Assembly (NCBI GenBank): GCA_965637545.1
Contig: OZ281497.1
Coordinates: forward strand, 1,116,001-1,180,000
Source of the DNA: Phallusia mammillata
Lineage: Eukaryota
DNA length: 64,000 nt
Direction: 5' to 3'
The notes under the pieces are model-generated. The model ran no database searches. It worked only from the letters and a program-made list of their open reading frames with translations, and was not told the DNA's origin. Positions 27,201 to 46,583 of this stretch are shown piece after piece. The number at the start of each line of letters is the position of its first letter. Position 1 is the stretch's first letter. The position numbers and the translations under genes are program-made.

Positions 27201-30200
27201 TGATACTAATATGTATAATCCACTAATCCTGAAAGAAATGCTAACCAGTGTTTTTTTGAAGTTGTTTTGGGGCACGGAACGGTCCCCCAAATTTCTCCAG
27301 CGGTTTCCCAAAATTTGGACTTGCAACTACAGTTTTTGGTATTTAAATGAAACACTTGCGGTCTCTTAAAACTACTTAGCGGTCACCCAAACCAAACCTT
27401 AAAAAAAACCTGTATCAGTCTAAAATTGACAGTTTGCAGAAGAAAAGAAAAAAAAATATATAGTTGAACACTTACCAAAGCATTGATGTAAAGGCATAAT
27501 CATGCAATGAAGAAAATAGGTAAAAGAAACAAACAACAACTTACCATCATCATGAGGTTTTTCTTTCTGTTCCTCGTTCCCAGTTTCATCTTCAGCCATT
27601 TTGTCTGCAGGTTCAAGATCGACTTTCTCTAATTTTGATTCACCTTGTTCAGAAGTTGTCACATTTTGTGACATATTTTGATCGTCTGTTGTTGAGGTAG
27701 TATTAGATGTTTGCGCTGATACCATAGAAGCTGCATTGCTTTCAAACTTTCGAATTGCGTTGGTATGTGAAGCGCTGTTCGATATGCTCATCAATAAATT
27801 TGCAACATTTTTTGTGTCTTCGTCGGCTATTTGTTCGTATCTGTCATTCCTGTCGGTGTCAGGATTGTCTGTATGAGGTATTTCATCATTGTTTTTATCA
27901 TCGACACTTGTAACAGGCACTTCATGTGATGTCATGTTTATTGCTGGAGTTTTATCACTTTCATGTTTGTTTGGTGTTTCAGGGGAGGACAACGGTTTGC
28001 ATTCGTTCATTCTTGCTTCAGGGGAGTCTAAAATGAGAATTACACATTTACATCACAACATGAGCTATGACATGCGACCACCAGAGTTATGACCTCCAAT
28101 AAAACCAATAGGAATGAATTTATATGTTTAACAGTGAAGTAACAATTGCACATGACAAAACAAACGAAAAATCAATAACAAATTGTTTAATATTTGATTT
28201 GTTGTAATTCGTCTTAATTCTGTACAAGATTTACAACAAATTCACAGAACAAGCCCAGCAGAATTATGCCCTTGTTAACCAATAAGAATTATAATATAAG
28301 GATGAATTACTACGCTTAAATATGTGGAAATAATTGCATGTATGACTTATGTAATCGCAATTATGTAATGAATTCCATGAACTTGCCTAACTAAAAGTGA
28401 CACAACATTTTTTCTTGATAGATGACTTGATTTATTGTGATGTGGTTTTAGTTTGTTCAAAGGATTTTTTACAAAGATTAAAACCAATAAAATGAAACTG
28501 CCATGTACATCTGGCTATGCAGGAACATAGAAGTCAATATGTAAAACAGTTTTGACATTTGCTCATTGTTATATCAGGCTATTTTTAATGAAACAACTAA
28601 ATAAACAACCAATGTACAGAACATTAGCTAGACATGTTCTAACAAAAGCTTTGCACAGACAGCTCAATAGTTTACATCACCACTGATTTTGGTTTATTTA
28701 TTCTTGTTGCCGACGATAACAATATCTAACCTTGTGTGGTTTGTGAAGTTCCAAGTCTGCCAGAACAAGATCGGCGTTTCCCAACTCTCTGTTTGCTGTA
28801 AGATTTCGACGCTGGTAAATCCTGGAATAAGATAGCAGGAAGATTTATTGAAAAGGACTTATACTCATGAAACATTGTAATTTGGTAAGTTTTACATGAT
28901 TTAGCTTAAAATTGAATTTGCAAACGCTTACAAAACACTGGTTTGGGATAACTTTATTGAAGGAACATCTGAATGCAATTGCCCAAAACAATTAATAAAA
29001 ATAAAATTAAAATCATAGTTCTGTCTCTAAAAATACTTCCAGAAATTAAACTCATTAAAAATCATAATTTGTTAATTTTAACAGGACTTTGGTTATTAAA
29101 AAACAATGGATTGTACAAAATTTTAACAGAGCAACATCTGTCCTAATGTAATCAACAAAAATTAAAAAAAACATAAAATAAGTTACTTTTTTTAATGATA
29201 CGTTTCCAACCTAAACAAACATACAGATTGGCAAATGTGTCATTATAAAAGTAAACAGCAAACACAAAGTGAGTTAACTTCACTCCGTTCCATGAAGTAA
29301 GTATTGAATTACAGCTGAAAGTTAATCCATCTTAGTGAGACTAAGTCATAAATGTCTTCATTCTGCCCTAGGGGCAAATGACCGAAGGAATGGACACTGT
29401 CACTAACAATCAATAGAAATGTCACTATGCAACTGTGTGAAGTGTGCCATGGATTTAAACTGATTTTTTTTATCAAAAAGTTGTTTGTTTTGAACGGATT
29501 ACAATAGGGGTGTTGTTGAAAAACAAAAGTACGAAAACTTTAACATTAAACTTTAAAACTTAATCAGCTGATATTAGTAAAACTTCTGAAAGGCGAAAAA
29601 ACAAATATCTCAGCTAAATTAAACAAAACATTACAACAAAACTTATAACCTAAAAATCCTAAATTTTGATTATCTTTTTTCACACTCACTATTTACATCT
29701 TAAGAAGTTAACTGACAATGCCACTATATATTTTATAACAGATAAACCTGGCCTGACGATTTCTTCACAGAACAGTGATGACTGACACAAACACACCTTT
29801 TCTTCTACATTAACTACTTTGGTCATGTTCTAAGCAGCACTGCAGTGTAGAAAAAACAAACTAACATTTTTTTTTACTTACTACTCCACTTGAACTGCTG
29901 TATCGAGTACTTCTTCTACTCCTCCTTATAACTTGCGACGTTCCATCGGGAATTAGGTCAGATATAATCGAACTATCGAGCAACCTCACTTGAGTCAAGC
30001 TTGGATTTACAGAAGTTTGGGTCAAAACCTAAAAAAGAAGGTTAAATTTAAGTCACAAACTCACATAAATGATCCTAAAAAAGATAAATTTGAGCCAAAA
30101 TTCGAGCTTATAAGTGCAGTTGAAAGTTCCTTACTTTAAATCAGCGTTTCCCAACCTGTGGGTCGCGACCGACTCATTTTAGGCCATGGACCACTAGCCC

Positions 30201-33200
30201 CAATAAAATAAACTCATGGACCACTTTATTGTTAAGAAAAAATACAGTCAATTTTACTCTATTATTGTTGGGGTCGCCGCAACTTGGTAAATCTTATCAA
30301 GGGGTCACGGCACCAGAAAGGTTGGAAACCGCTGCTCTAAATAGTAGCACTCACACATATCGGGTGGAGAAAAATAAAAGCCGCTCAACAAGTTTTTTTC
30401 ATAGACATCTTACGATTTATGACAAACTTGATAATAAGTTAACCAACAACACTAGAATGTCACAGAGCATTTAACCAACCCTCAACACCCTAAACATTGT
30501 CCTTAATTTACTGTCATAACTCAACATCAACCTAACAAGCAAATGGGATTCTGTGGCACAATTGACAAGCGATTGTAAATCTATGGCTGAGTATGTGTGA
30601 AGTAGTTAGTGAAAACATGTCCTTACTTGATCGGTCATAATTTGCAGTTTGCCATCGCTGTCGTTGCCGGTGACAACAGCACTGTTCCACTGAATGGACG
30701 AGTTCGGCCAATAAACATGAACCCGTGTTCCAGCAAGACAATATGAATCTAAAAAAATTAGTTCAAAAATACTTTTTAACAACGTAATTATGCAAAACAA
30801 TAGTTTGAAAAAGATTTTCTCTATGTTTAATAACTAAACCTGCTTAAAACTAAAATGGAATGTACGCAAACTTTTGTAACAGTTGCAGTTTTGACACACT
30901 GCCTCACTGCTATGCTGTTTTGTCTTAGGGTTTTATAATTAAGAAACAGATGTAGATATTGTTACATCGTGGCAAAACAGTTTTACACAGGAAATCATCA
31001 AAACTGGAAACATAGAACACAGCTTTACAAAGAGCTTGACAATATGCGGCATGCTAGACATTATCAAATATGTTGCATGAAACCGCAAACCAAAGTTCAT
31101 GACGGTACATCATGATTTTGGGTGTTGTTCAATTTTTGGCAAAAGCATGTTAGTTTGAAGTGGTCACTCTAATTAAGACTAAATGCCTATGACAATAAAT
31201 AAAATGCGACATATTCCAATGTATTATTCAACAAATTTGTCGTTCAACTGGTGTAGTGCTAGATGAAATAACTTGTGTGCTTGCATCATTTTACTTCATT
31301 GCTTTGAAGAAGCCCTTCATTGCTTTGAAGAATTACAAGGTCAGTATTATGTTTAGCATCACAAAAGTTGAATGACAAATTTGTTAAATATGCAACCTGG
31401 TGGACAAAACTTAACAACTGCTGCAGAAAAAAACAAAAAAAAGTTCTTGTTTTTTACATTTGTGTTGAAGAGAAAAGCATTTAATGAAATTATGAAACAC
31501 TTACTTTCAATCAGAAGCTTCTGCGACTGTTGTAGACTCATCCATTCTGTGACTTGTTGCAAAATATCGGGATCAGATTGTGAACAAGGAAGTTGTAACA
31601 AACTTGAACTCTGTAGTAGAAAATATTCAATTTATTTGCCACAAATTACTTTGCAAGAAGTACATGCAATTTGTAAAGTAGGGAAACCAAAGATTGTGCT
31701 ATAAATGATTGCAAGGAAAGTGTATACTGCCAACAGCTCGTAAAACTTGTTTTATTGGTTTCAGCTGTATGGATATATATTTTATGAACCACAACTGCAT
31801 GTCTGACAGTGCATAGTAAAACAACAGGCAAGTCCTCATGGCTTTTCCTGTATTCCTTTTAATTTCCACCAAACACTAAGGAAACTAGACTAATTAGGTT
31901 TTGAAAGCATTTATAACTGATGAAAACAAACAACTTGCAGTTTCAACTTTACCATGATATAAACAAAAAATACTTCTACCTCTTTAATTTCTTCCAATTC
32001 ACAATTTTTCACAAAACACCTACAAACAAAAATATGTATTAAAATAAAATAAAAATCGCAGCAATTTAGCAAATATATATATAGCAAAGTAAAACATATT
32101 TTATGCTTTTTGTCTGAATATACACAATGCAAAATGAACTCTTCACGGAAAGCCTTTGTTCTTATGTAATTATTCTTCATTATATCCCGCTGCACTTGTA
32201 CATTTTCGCTTGTGGGCTCGCAATATATCATTTATTGCTCTGAAAAAGCCCTACCATTCTGGTGGGTGAAATGTCAGCAAAAATACAAGTTTTTGAAACA
32301 ACAACTAATATTTTTGTTTAGCATTACACCAGTTGAACAACAAATTTGTTAAATATGCAACCTGGTGGACAAAACACTTGTTCGGTGTTTTTATACAAAA
32401 TGAATATAAGTGGAAAAACTAACAGGCATAAAAACTCAAAATTTACTCGTCTCAAAAAGATGTTGAAAAAAAAGTGAGAAATTAATTTTATTTTGATCTT
32501 ACTTGTGTTGATCGCCGAAAAGTTCAACAAGCGTTCGATACTTTGGACATTTATCTTCTTTCACTGCAACAAAAGTCTGCAGAAAAATATATATAATGTT
32601 TTAATCAATGTAATTCAGGACAATATACAATACTTGAATAGTCGAGCAATATTAGAAAGTGACTTGTGATCAAGTTTTGTTTACATTATATGTGTATAGT
32701 ATATAGCGTTGCCATGTAAACAAAATACATTCCTATTTTCATTTTGTTTAAATTAGCTTTTGTGTAACATTATTACTGCTCCTAAACAAGGTTTCTGTTT
32801 GAAAAAATGCAAAAAAAACAATAAGCAAAATATAAACAGGTATAATTATCTAAGATCCTCACATCACAACTGTAAAAAAAACAGGGAATGTGTTGAATTA
32901 AAAATTCAATTAGAATGACAAAAGCCAAAATGCCAAGTGGAAGAAAATGTTCAACAGGGCGCTCTGAAGTAAACACAAAGAAACTGCCCCAACTCCCAAC
33001 ACTGAATTGCCTCATACATGAGGAAAGTAGGTCAAGCAGTGGAACAGCCAGACACAGTGTTACCTACACTCCACTACATTTTGCTCAAGTATTTCTACAA
33101 TGATCTCCATTAGTTGTTTACAAAAAGCTTAAAACACATAACCGCAGTCACACAAGTAATAACAAAACACGCACTAAATACTTTTTAATCAACAAATTGT

Positions 33201-35738
33201 TATATTTATAAGAAAATTGGGTTATGTATTGTACTAGCCTATTTTTGAAAACCTATGGTTGTGTCATTGACAGTAATAGTTATTTAACGCACATATTCAT
33301 TAAAACATCATTGTGAGCTGTACTTGATATAAACAAAATTTAAATAAAGCATCACAACAGCAATATGCAAAAACCACGCAACTACTAATTTGTTTTGGTT
33401 GCAATCTCTATTTATGAAATCTTCATACATTACAAAGCTAACAAGCAGGTACTGAATAAATGTGACATTTTTATATTTAAAACTGCATATGAACCTTTTT
33501 GCTAAGTTTGTTGTGGTGTTAGTGCCAATTTATCTCTTAGTATGTTTGCCAGTAAAAGTTTGAAAAACAGGAATTTAAATGGAACAGATTCTAGGCCACA
33601 GACATGCTTCAGTTGTTTTGTAAAACCTTAGAAAACAACAACTTTCCACGCGACGCCAGACTTTAAGAATCTAATAGATATTCCTACAGTAACCCAATAC
33701 AAAAAACTTTTTTAGCACTATCATTCAATTAAAGCAAATAAATTTTCCAATATTTACACAAGGTTACTTGCAGTAATGTGGGGCATGGAAGCATACAGAG
33801 CACATTTTAATTATTAACACCCCCCTTGAGACAGGCCCTGCACAACCACATTCACTTACGCCAACATTTCAATACATCATCAGTTACATTGTAATGGAAC
33901 ACCACAGCACAACTTTCCACTGTTTTACAACATTAGTAACCACACATCACTTCCATAGAGGCCTTGCAAGCATTGTAATGACCCATTTTAGTAAGTCTTG
34001 TTAGCTGACTTAACTATTCAATGATTTTTTGGGATTGACAGTGCACAGCTGTTTAAATATAAATTACATCACTTCTTGGTACACAGTATAACACAAAAGC
34101 CAATCATTGGCACAAAACACAACGATATTCTGCTGTTTATAATGCGTGCACTGGTTCACTTTGGCATTAGACATTTACTTCCCAAATAATCCTTCTTAAA
34201 ACTATGTAATATATAATCTGCTATACACAGGGTTGCCATCAACATTGCCTTTCAAAATAAGGACAAATCTTAGAAATAAGGACAGTATGGCAACCCAGGC
34301 TATGTAGCAATGCAGCAACACAAAATGTTTTACAACTTTTAAAGGTGCAAATTGGCCCTTCCTTTGATTTTGTCATTGGACATTTATTTCATAAAAAAAT
34401 CCCTTATAAAATATGTAATATATAATCTCCCTAATAACAATGCAACAAGAGAACATGTTTTACAACCACCGCAATAAACTACTAGCAAACATTGCAGTGT
34501 AAGTGTTGGCTGCTCCCCATAAATCACAATACATTGTTTATGCCAACCTACCCTGACTGGCCATCTTTGATTTTTAGTAGGATGATGAATTATGGCGACA
34601 AAATCTTCGACAAAAACTTGTAAATAATCTTCAACAAAAATCCATTCTCGCTCCTGCCACGGCAACTGACACCACTCGATGCAAAGCTTAAATAAACAAA
34701 AACAGTTTGTTATAATGCTTACCAAAGCTATAGTGCCGAAGAAGTGCTTTATAAGGTGTAAACGCACAACTATATGCAGAAAAGCATCAGTTTTCTTTCA
34801 AAATACAAAGTTTGTTGGAAGCATTTTTTGTTTTATTTCAATATCTTTTGAGGTATATAAGAAACTGTTTAGAAGTTTAATGGTGAAAATAACAGAAAAT
34901 AACATGTAACTGATGTGGCCCTTCATATCGCTAAACATGGCATGAGCATTTGCCGAAATGCCTGAACAACAAAGCGCGTCGCTTTTTGTATTTATTAGGG
35001 CGATTATTTTCATTATTAATCTTTTGAGGTGTTTTTATATGTTGTTGAGTTACTTCGAATTCATCAGAAGGTAAATGCAACTGATAGGCTTAAAAATCCA
35101 CAGACAGCTGACAAACACAAAGCAACAAGTAATTAGAAGATTGTGGCCTGTAAGCCCTCAGGCTTGTTTTATTGCTGGGAGTTGTAAGAGACAGAACGTC
35201 TGGTAGCAGTGAAAATTTCACAAACATGAAAACGCCCAGCAACACCCAAGAGTGTTGTAAACAATATAGGCAGACTTTGCTGCTATGTTTAGTTTTATGA
35301 AAACCATAACAAAACTTTAGTCAAACACACACACATCAGTTTCGTACATTTAAAACTAAAATTTAGTTTCAAATTAAGTTTTCGTATCAGTGGAAGTAAT
35401 AGCTAAGTACCAAATGTAACTATTTTTTGTCTAAATGTATTTTATGTGCCAGGAAAATTGTATACAAAATTTGTAGCCAAACTTGCTTTACTATAATAAA
35501 GTAAACGACAACAGAGCAGTGAGTGTAAACGCATCTGGCCTAACTTTACCATCACATCTTTTGATGTCACATCATTTCCTGAAACGCATCGGATGACAGC
35601 TGATTTCCACAATTTATTAATCCATTTTTCGCAAGCGTTCGACCCTTTATATTCTGTCGGTACAACGTTGGCTGCATTGTTTGGCAATAATATAATCCTT
35701 TTTCCCGTTAACTCAGTGCGTCGTTCTATTTTGTCCAT
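1..35738 (-). CDS. JMJD1C: KDM3/JMJD1C-family JmjC histone H3K9 demethylase, 5' part. The zinc-finger and JmjC regions are not in the window; the gene continues beyond position 1.
   Basis: Phase-consistent exons: 35738-35550, 34686-34552, [one short phase 0->1 exon unresolved, candidate near 34048-34012], 32563-32503, 32019-31980, 31610-31505, 30748-30627, 30028-29882, 28821-28731, 28027-27545, 5199-5096, 4161-3985, 2819-2673, 2451-2279, 2093-1724, 1200-<1. The translation matches the recalled KDM3/JMJD1C N-terminus: RTELTGKRI ~ RAELVGKRF; WKSAVIRCVS ~ WRAGVIRAVS; LPWQEREWIFVED ~ LEWDKREWVKVYED; SYCLAGTRVHVYW..IQW ~ PYSLNGYRVRVY..TQW; VLTQTSVNPSLTQVRLLD ~ VLEPQNVDPSMVQMTFLD. A long low-complexity P/S/Q-rich region follows. 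Which vertebrate KDM3 paralog it is closest to cannot be settled here. Confidence 0.88.
193..300 (-). repeat. Coding polyQ tract (Q21, containing pure (CAA)15) preceded by LQ/HQ-interrupted Q repeats
   Basis: Plus strand shows (ttg/ctg)n from 193 to 255, in frame with the KDM3 exon. Confidence 0.9.
1451..1679. repeat. Imperfect intronic tandem duplication, about 120 bp x2
   Basis: The string tgaccacta...cagggct(g/a)gtttaacac(t/c)atca...ggcaattttt(t)ag(g/c)gatggttttgt occurs twice, starting at 1451 and 1575. Confidence 0.8.
2955..3040 (-). mobile_element. Penelope-like element end fragment with a degenerate minimal hammerhead motif
   Basis: Minus strand reads cCTGAAGAagaagacctgtataggacgtcGAAAcgtc. 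The adjacent segment caagtttatagagct.tctggcaaatgtattt recurs at about 36377-36410. Confidence 0.45.
4093..4155 (-). repeat. Coding polyQ tract (Q21, mixed CAG/CAA)
   Basis: Lies within KDM3 exon 4161-3985. Confidence 0.9.
8640..8712. mobile_element. Truncated hAT-type MITE end
   Basis: Right terminus aaagtttgagaaccactg resembles the CAGTGGTTC(T/C)CAA TIRs seen elsewhere in the window. The left TIR is not found. Confidence 0.35.
13292..13513. repeat. Imperfect tandem duplication, period about 120 bp
   Basis: ttttgt(t/a)cttgcaaatggt...aagagaaa(t/a)gcg...tttcaaacttctaca occurs at 13292 and 13412. Confidence 0.8.
21300..21370. repeat. (GT)n-type microsatellite with gtgtgg units
   Basis: Directly visible in the sequence. 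Confidence 0.85.
22822..22991 (+). repeat. Unclassified dispersed repeat, copy 1
   Basis: Shares ctcactttct.gtgagc and ttttgcgctccataac...gctatttccg.cttggtgattgttt.agtgc.attgtg with 62410-62587. Confidence 0.7.
25453..25601. mobile_element. MITE of the CAGTGGTGGGATTC TIR family, one end truncated
   Basis: Inverted-orientation homologue of 59444-59607. Confidence 0.75.
27246..27412. mobile_element. hAT-type MITE
   Basis: TIRs cagtgttttttt / aaaaaaaacctg. Inverted homologue of 61019-61156, with a shared core over about 100 bp. Confidence 0.75.
30142..30334. mobile_element. hAT-type MITE
   Basis: TIRs cagcgtttcccaacct / aggttggaaaccgctg. 8-bp TSD ctttaaat / ctctaaat (1 mismatch). Confidence 0.8.
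34228..34298. mobile_element. Very short MITE-like element
   Basis: Inverted ends cagggttgcca / tggcaacccag about 70 bp apart. Confidence 0.4.
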
Positions 35739-37422
35739 CTGAATCTAAACCTATTTACATCTAACAAAATAATAAAATGATATTAGAAATACATGTTTGA
35801 TGCAAAAATGCACAGCATTTGTACAAAAGATCACAAACTTTCCCAACATAACTTAAAGGTTTAAATTAAGTTTTGTACAAATTGAAACGAAGCAAAAGTA
35901 TGTGAAGCAAAAATAAAAACAGGCAACAATTGCTTAAACCATTTCTCTACTTTTTTACACTTAAACAAAAACAAAACTGTAGGGAAAAAGATTAAACAAA
36001 GCATCTTTAGATAAAGATCTACAAGATTGTTATTGTAAACAATACAAATATTGAATAAATTTCAATCTGTACGCTGTTTTAAGTTGTCACAAGTATAACA
36101 TGTGCAACAAAGTATGACATGTACAGTTCAAATATTGAGATGAAAGATTACAAGTCTTTGTTACTGAAATTGAATTTGTCTTATTGAAGCTGTTTTTCCC
36201 CTTCGGTACTAACTTTGAAAATATTTTACCCAACAAACATAATAATCAGTTATTTCTCCAGAAGACAATAACATTTAAACACTCCCAGATATAAACTTAA
36301 TGTAATAAGGATACTATAACAATGTCAGTAGTAATATTGTTTCCTCACCAGCAAATGGTAAATAACTACTTAATAACAAGTTTATAGAGCTTGTCTGGCA
36401 AATGTATTTGTAAGCTATAAAGTACTACTTAATAAGCTATAAAGTAGATAACAATTAAGTTGTTTTGCTGGTTATCAACTTATCATTCATATACTAAACC
36501 AAAAAGTTACCAATGCCTCACTATCCATACCAGAGGAACTAATTGATGTAGTGTACTGTTTGTTTGTAAATATAAAACCACTAAATTACTGAATATGGCA
36601 TGAAAACTGGATATATTTACAAATGTTCTTCTTGCCCAAGGTTTAAACACTACATTGGCCACAACCTAAAAGCAAGTTGTTTTTCAATATAATCTGTAAC
36701 ATTAATCAGGTTTTTCAAACAAGCAGTAATCTTGTTTAGATATTAGCAACAGTGCAGAAGCTGTTGCAGTACAAAACTTTCAACAAAAAAAACTTAATTT
36801 ATTTAAAGAATGAATACACCAACACAACTTGGCATTTAAAAGTTTAGTTTCTAATTACTAGTTCAATTAATGACACTTAACATAATGTACCGAAATTTGT
36901 TACACTAAACAAGTAAAACAAAATAATACATTAAACTGTATATGTTCCTCCAAAAACAAACAAAACGTGCTAAACAACTGTCAAATGAATAATGCATTTC
37001 CATCGAGATTAAACAGTGCTTCAAGTTTGCCATTATTCCCAAAAACCGCAAACGAAAACCGCTGCGTTGCACGAACACGAACAAAATTCTGAAAGTCTGT
37101 CTTTGTGCAACTGCTCAAATTGGACTAATGCCAACTTGAGCTTTTGCTATGAGCTTATAAAACGCTAAACTTAATACTGACTCAATTTGTTTTGTACCAC
37201 ATAAACATCGAGCAAAAATAAATAAAATTCAATTTGCCAAAAGTTCATAATGTTATACACATCGAGATAGTTTCTAATTGAAATCCGATCTTTAAACTAC
37301 AGCGCAAACATTCCTGTTGTAAAATCAGCGAATAAAGAGCTCCACCACTGGCAATTATTGACAGAAACGAGCCGGCCCAACACGCGAGTAACCAACAGAA
37401 TCCATCTTTTCTCCTCACGTAC

Positions 37423-37640
37423 ATATCCACTCTGCAGCAGCGTCTAGCGGGCGAACAAATACTTTTCTGTATAAAACATAATGCTGTTTAAAATAGCATG
37501 ATTGACAAGACGCGAAAAAACAGGAAACTTTTTATTGGTTTCCGTTGCGTCAAAAGCTTGCCGGCCTATTCGGAAAAGCAATGTATGTTGTATTTCTATC
37601 AAGGCTCGGCGTGCTACGCCTGGTCAGTCAACTACATGGA
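37423..37640 (-). promoter_or_regulatory. Probable promoter and non-coding first exon of the KDM3 gene
   Basis: CpG-containing patch directly upstream of the gene, with a minus-strand donor AT|GTACGT at 37423/37422. The ATG at 35738 is immediately preceded by an acceptor (tttagattcag|ATG), so an upstream exon or a trans-spliced leader is required. Confidence 0.45.
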
Positions 37641-37988
37641 ATCTTTGTTGCTATTTGAAAGGTTCATTTTGATTTTTGCTACTGAATGCTAGGTTGATAC
37701 TTTGTAGTTTTGTTGTGGCTAAAAATGTAATGCAGATTATTTTTATCAATTTTGACTTGTAACTCTGGAAAATATTTGTAAAGATTTCAACAAAATTCTG
37801 ACATGGGAGATATTAAAACCAGATGCAATATTTATTAGATACTCAAACGCAAATAAAACAAACACACACACAGAAGCAATCATGGTTAAAAAAAGTCATA
37901 AAACGATGATAGACCAATAAACAAGTTCAATTATAAGCGCCACACAAAATTAAAATCAAATGTAACAAAAAATTGTATCATGTCGCAA

Positions 37989-38052
37989 TGTCAGCTCCAT
38001 CAGTCCAGAACCTTTGACAATTTCAGTTCTGTTCGTCATTTATTGTCTGACA
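37989..38052 (-). ncRNA. SECIS element of SELENOO (3' UTR cis-element)
   Basis: Minus strand reads TGTCAGacaataaATGACgaacagaactgAAAttgtcaaaggttctggacTGATggagCTGACA. It shows the AUGA/UGA quartet, a stem of about 11 bp, unpaired AAA, and a perfect 6-bp helix I. An AATAAA follows at 37836-37831. Confidence 0.85.
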
Positions 38053-38567
38053 TCTGAAATATAAAGTAGGCACATTTCAATACAGGCAATGAAACAGCTA
38101 ACAAGTGGTTATTGAACATGCTGTTGGGCAAACTTTTTGACAATATATCATAGCTAACAGCAGCATTTGAAAGCCATGAAACATTTCCGAGCTAGCTGCG
38201 TAAATTTTGTTTCTTAAGAGTGAAATATTAAGCTTCAAGTCTTGATGACAAAATGCAGGTGTGCGTGACAATGCTAGAGTCAGTTTAAAGTTATTTGTTA
38301 CCAAAGAGCAGTTACATGCATTGCATTAAAGAGTTGCAAATGATTTTTTTCAATATGTTTTGTGTTTTGTTTAGCCTACAAATGGTGTGCTACAACTTTA
38401 CAATGTTGTGAACACTTCATATTATTTAAGCAGATGCGACTGTTACACTGATGGTTGGACTTGCCAAGCACCATTTAGAGAAATATATTGTGTTTTGTTA
38501 AGCTTTTTTGAAGTAACAAAACCACTTAAGCTTCAAGGCAATATTTTCTCCGAAACATAACCACTGA

Positions 38568-38847
38568 TAAGCTGTAGACAGTGTACACTGTTTTGACCTA
38601 TTAGGTCTCATCAGTGCAGCAGTTGCTTGGCTATTGTGAGTCAACTGCCTCTCTGGTTTATGCTCAGTTGTGGCATGGAGCAGAATAGGTGAGGCATGGG
38701 TTTTTACCCTGTTACTCCCAGCAAACTGGAGTGCCGTGGAATGGCTACACTAGCCAATATGACCAATCACCAGCTGTACTGATGGGACCTTATGGGCCGA
38801 AACAGGGTGTACTGTCTGCAGCTTATCATTTATGCTTTATGCTTTCA
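38568..38847. mobile_element. Non-autonomous hammerhead-ribozyme retroelement (retrozyme/Penelope-like) with inverted arms, in the SELENOO 3' UTR
   Basis: Type I HHR on the minus strand at 38571-38620 and on the plus strand at 38772-38823. Flanked by near-identical direct repeats cataaccactga / cataaaccactga. The body is homologous to 62913-63190. Confidence 0.8.
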
Positions 38848-38986
38848 CATAAACCACTGAGTTTGAACCACAGTGCAACATATCATTTGTGTTTTTTTTA
38901 AAACACCAACCCCACTTTATGATGTAAAGCTTTTTACAAGTTCATCACTACATACCACTTGATATGTTTGGGGCTTCCAACCCCTT

Positions 38987-46583
<7,597 letters not shown>

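Larger units (their letters stand above)
5200..27544 (-). promoter_or_regulatory. 22.3-kb KDM3 intron containing multiple promoter/enhancer-like CpG-rich patches
   Basis: Exon 28027-27545 ends in phase 1 (G|gtaagt) and exon 5199 begins with 2 nt (cag|CA), so they join in frame. No recognisable protein is encoded between them. CpG, CRE and E-box motifs are abundant. Confidence 0.6.

Noticed and set aside
32782-33063. Open frame with hydrophobic translation within KDM3
   Set aside because: Does not align to the KDM3 N-terminal domain, and the phase-consistent micro-exons at 32563 and 32019 explain that segment.
38915-38950. Hairpin with ATGA and AAA just downstream of the SelO stop as a SECIS candidate
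   Set aside because: Lacks the 3' GA of the quartet at the right spacing. The element at 37989-38052 fits the consensus far better.
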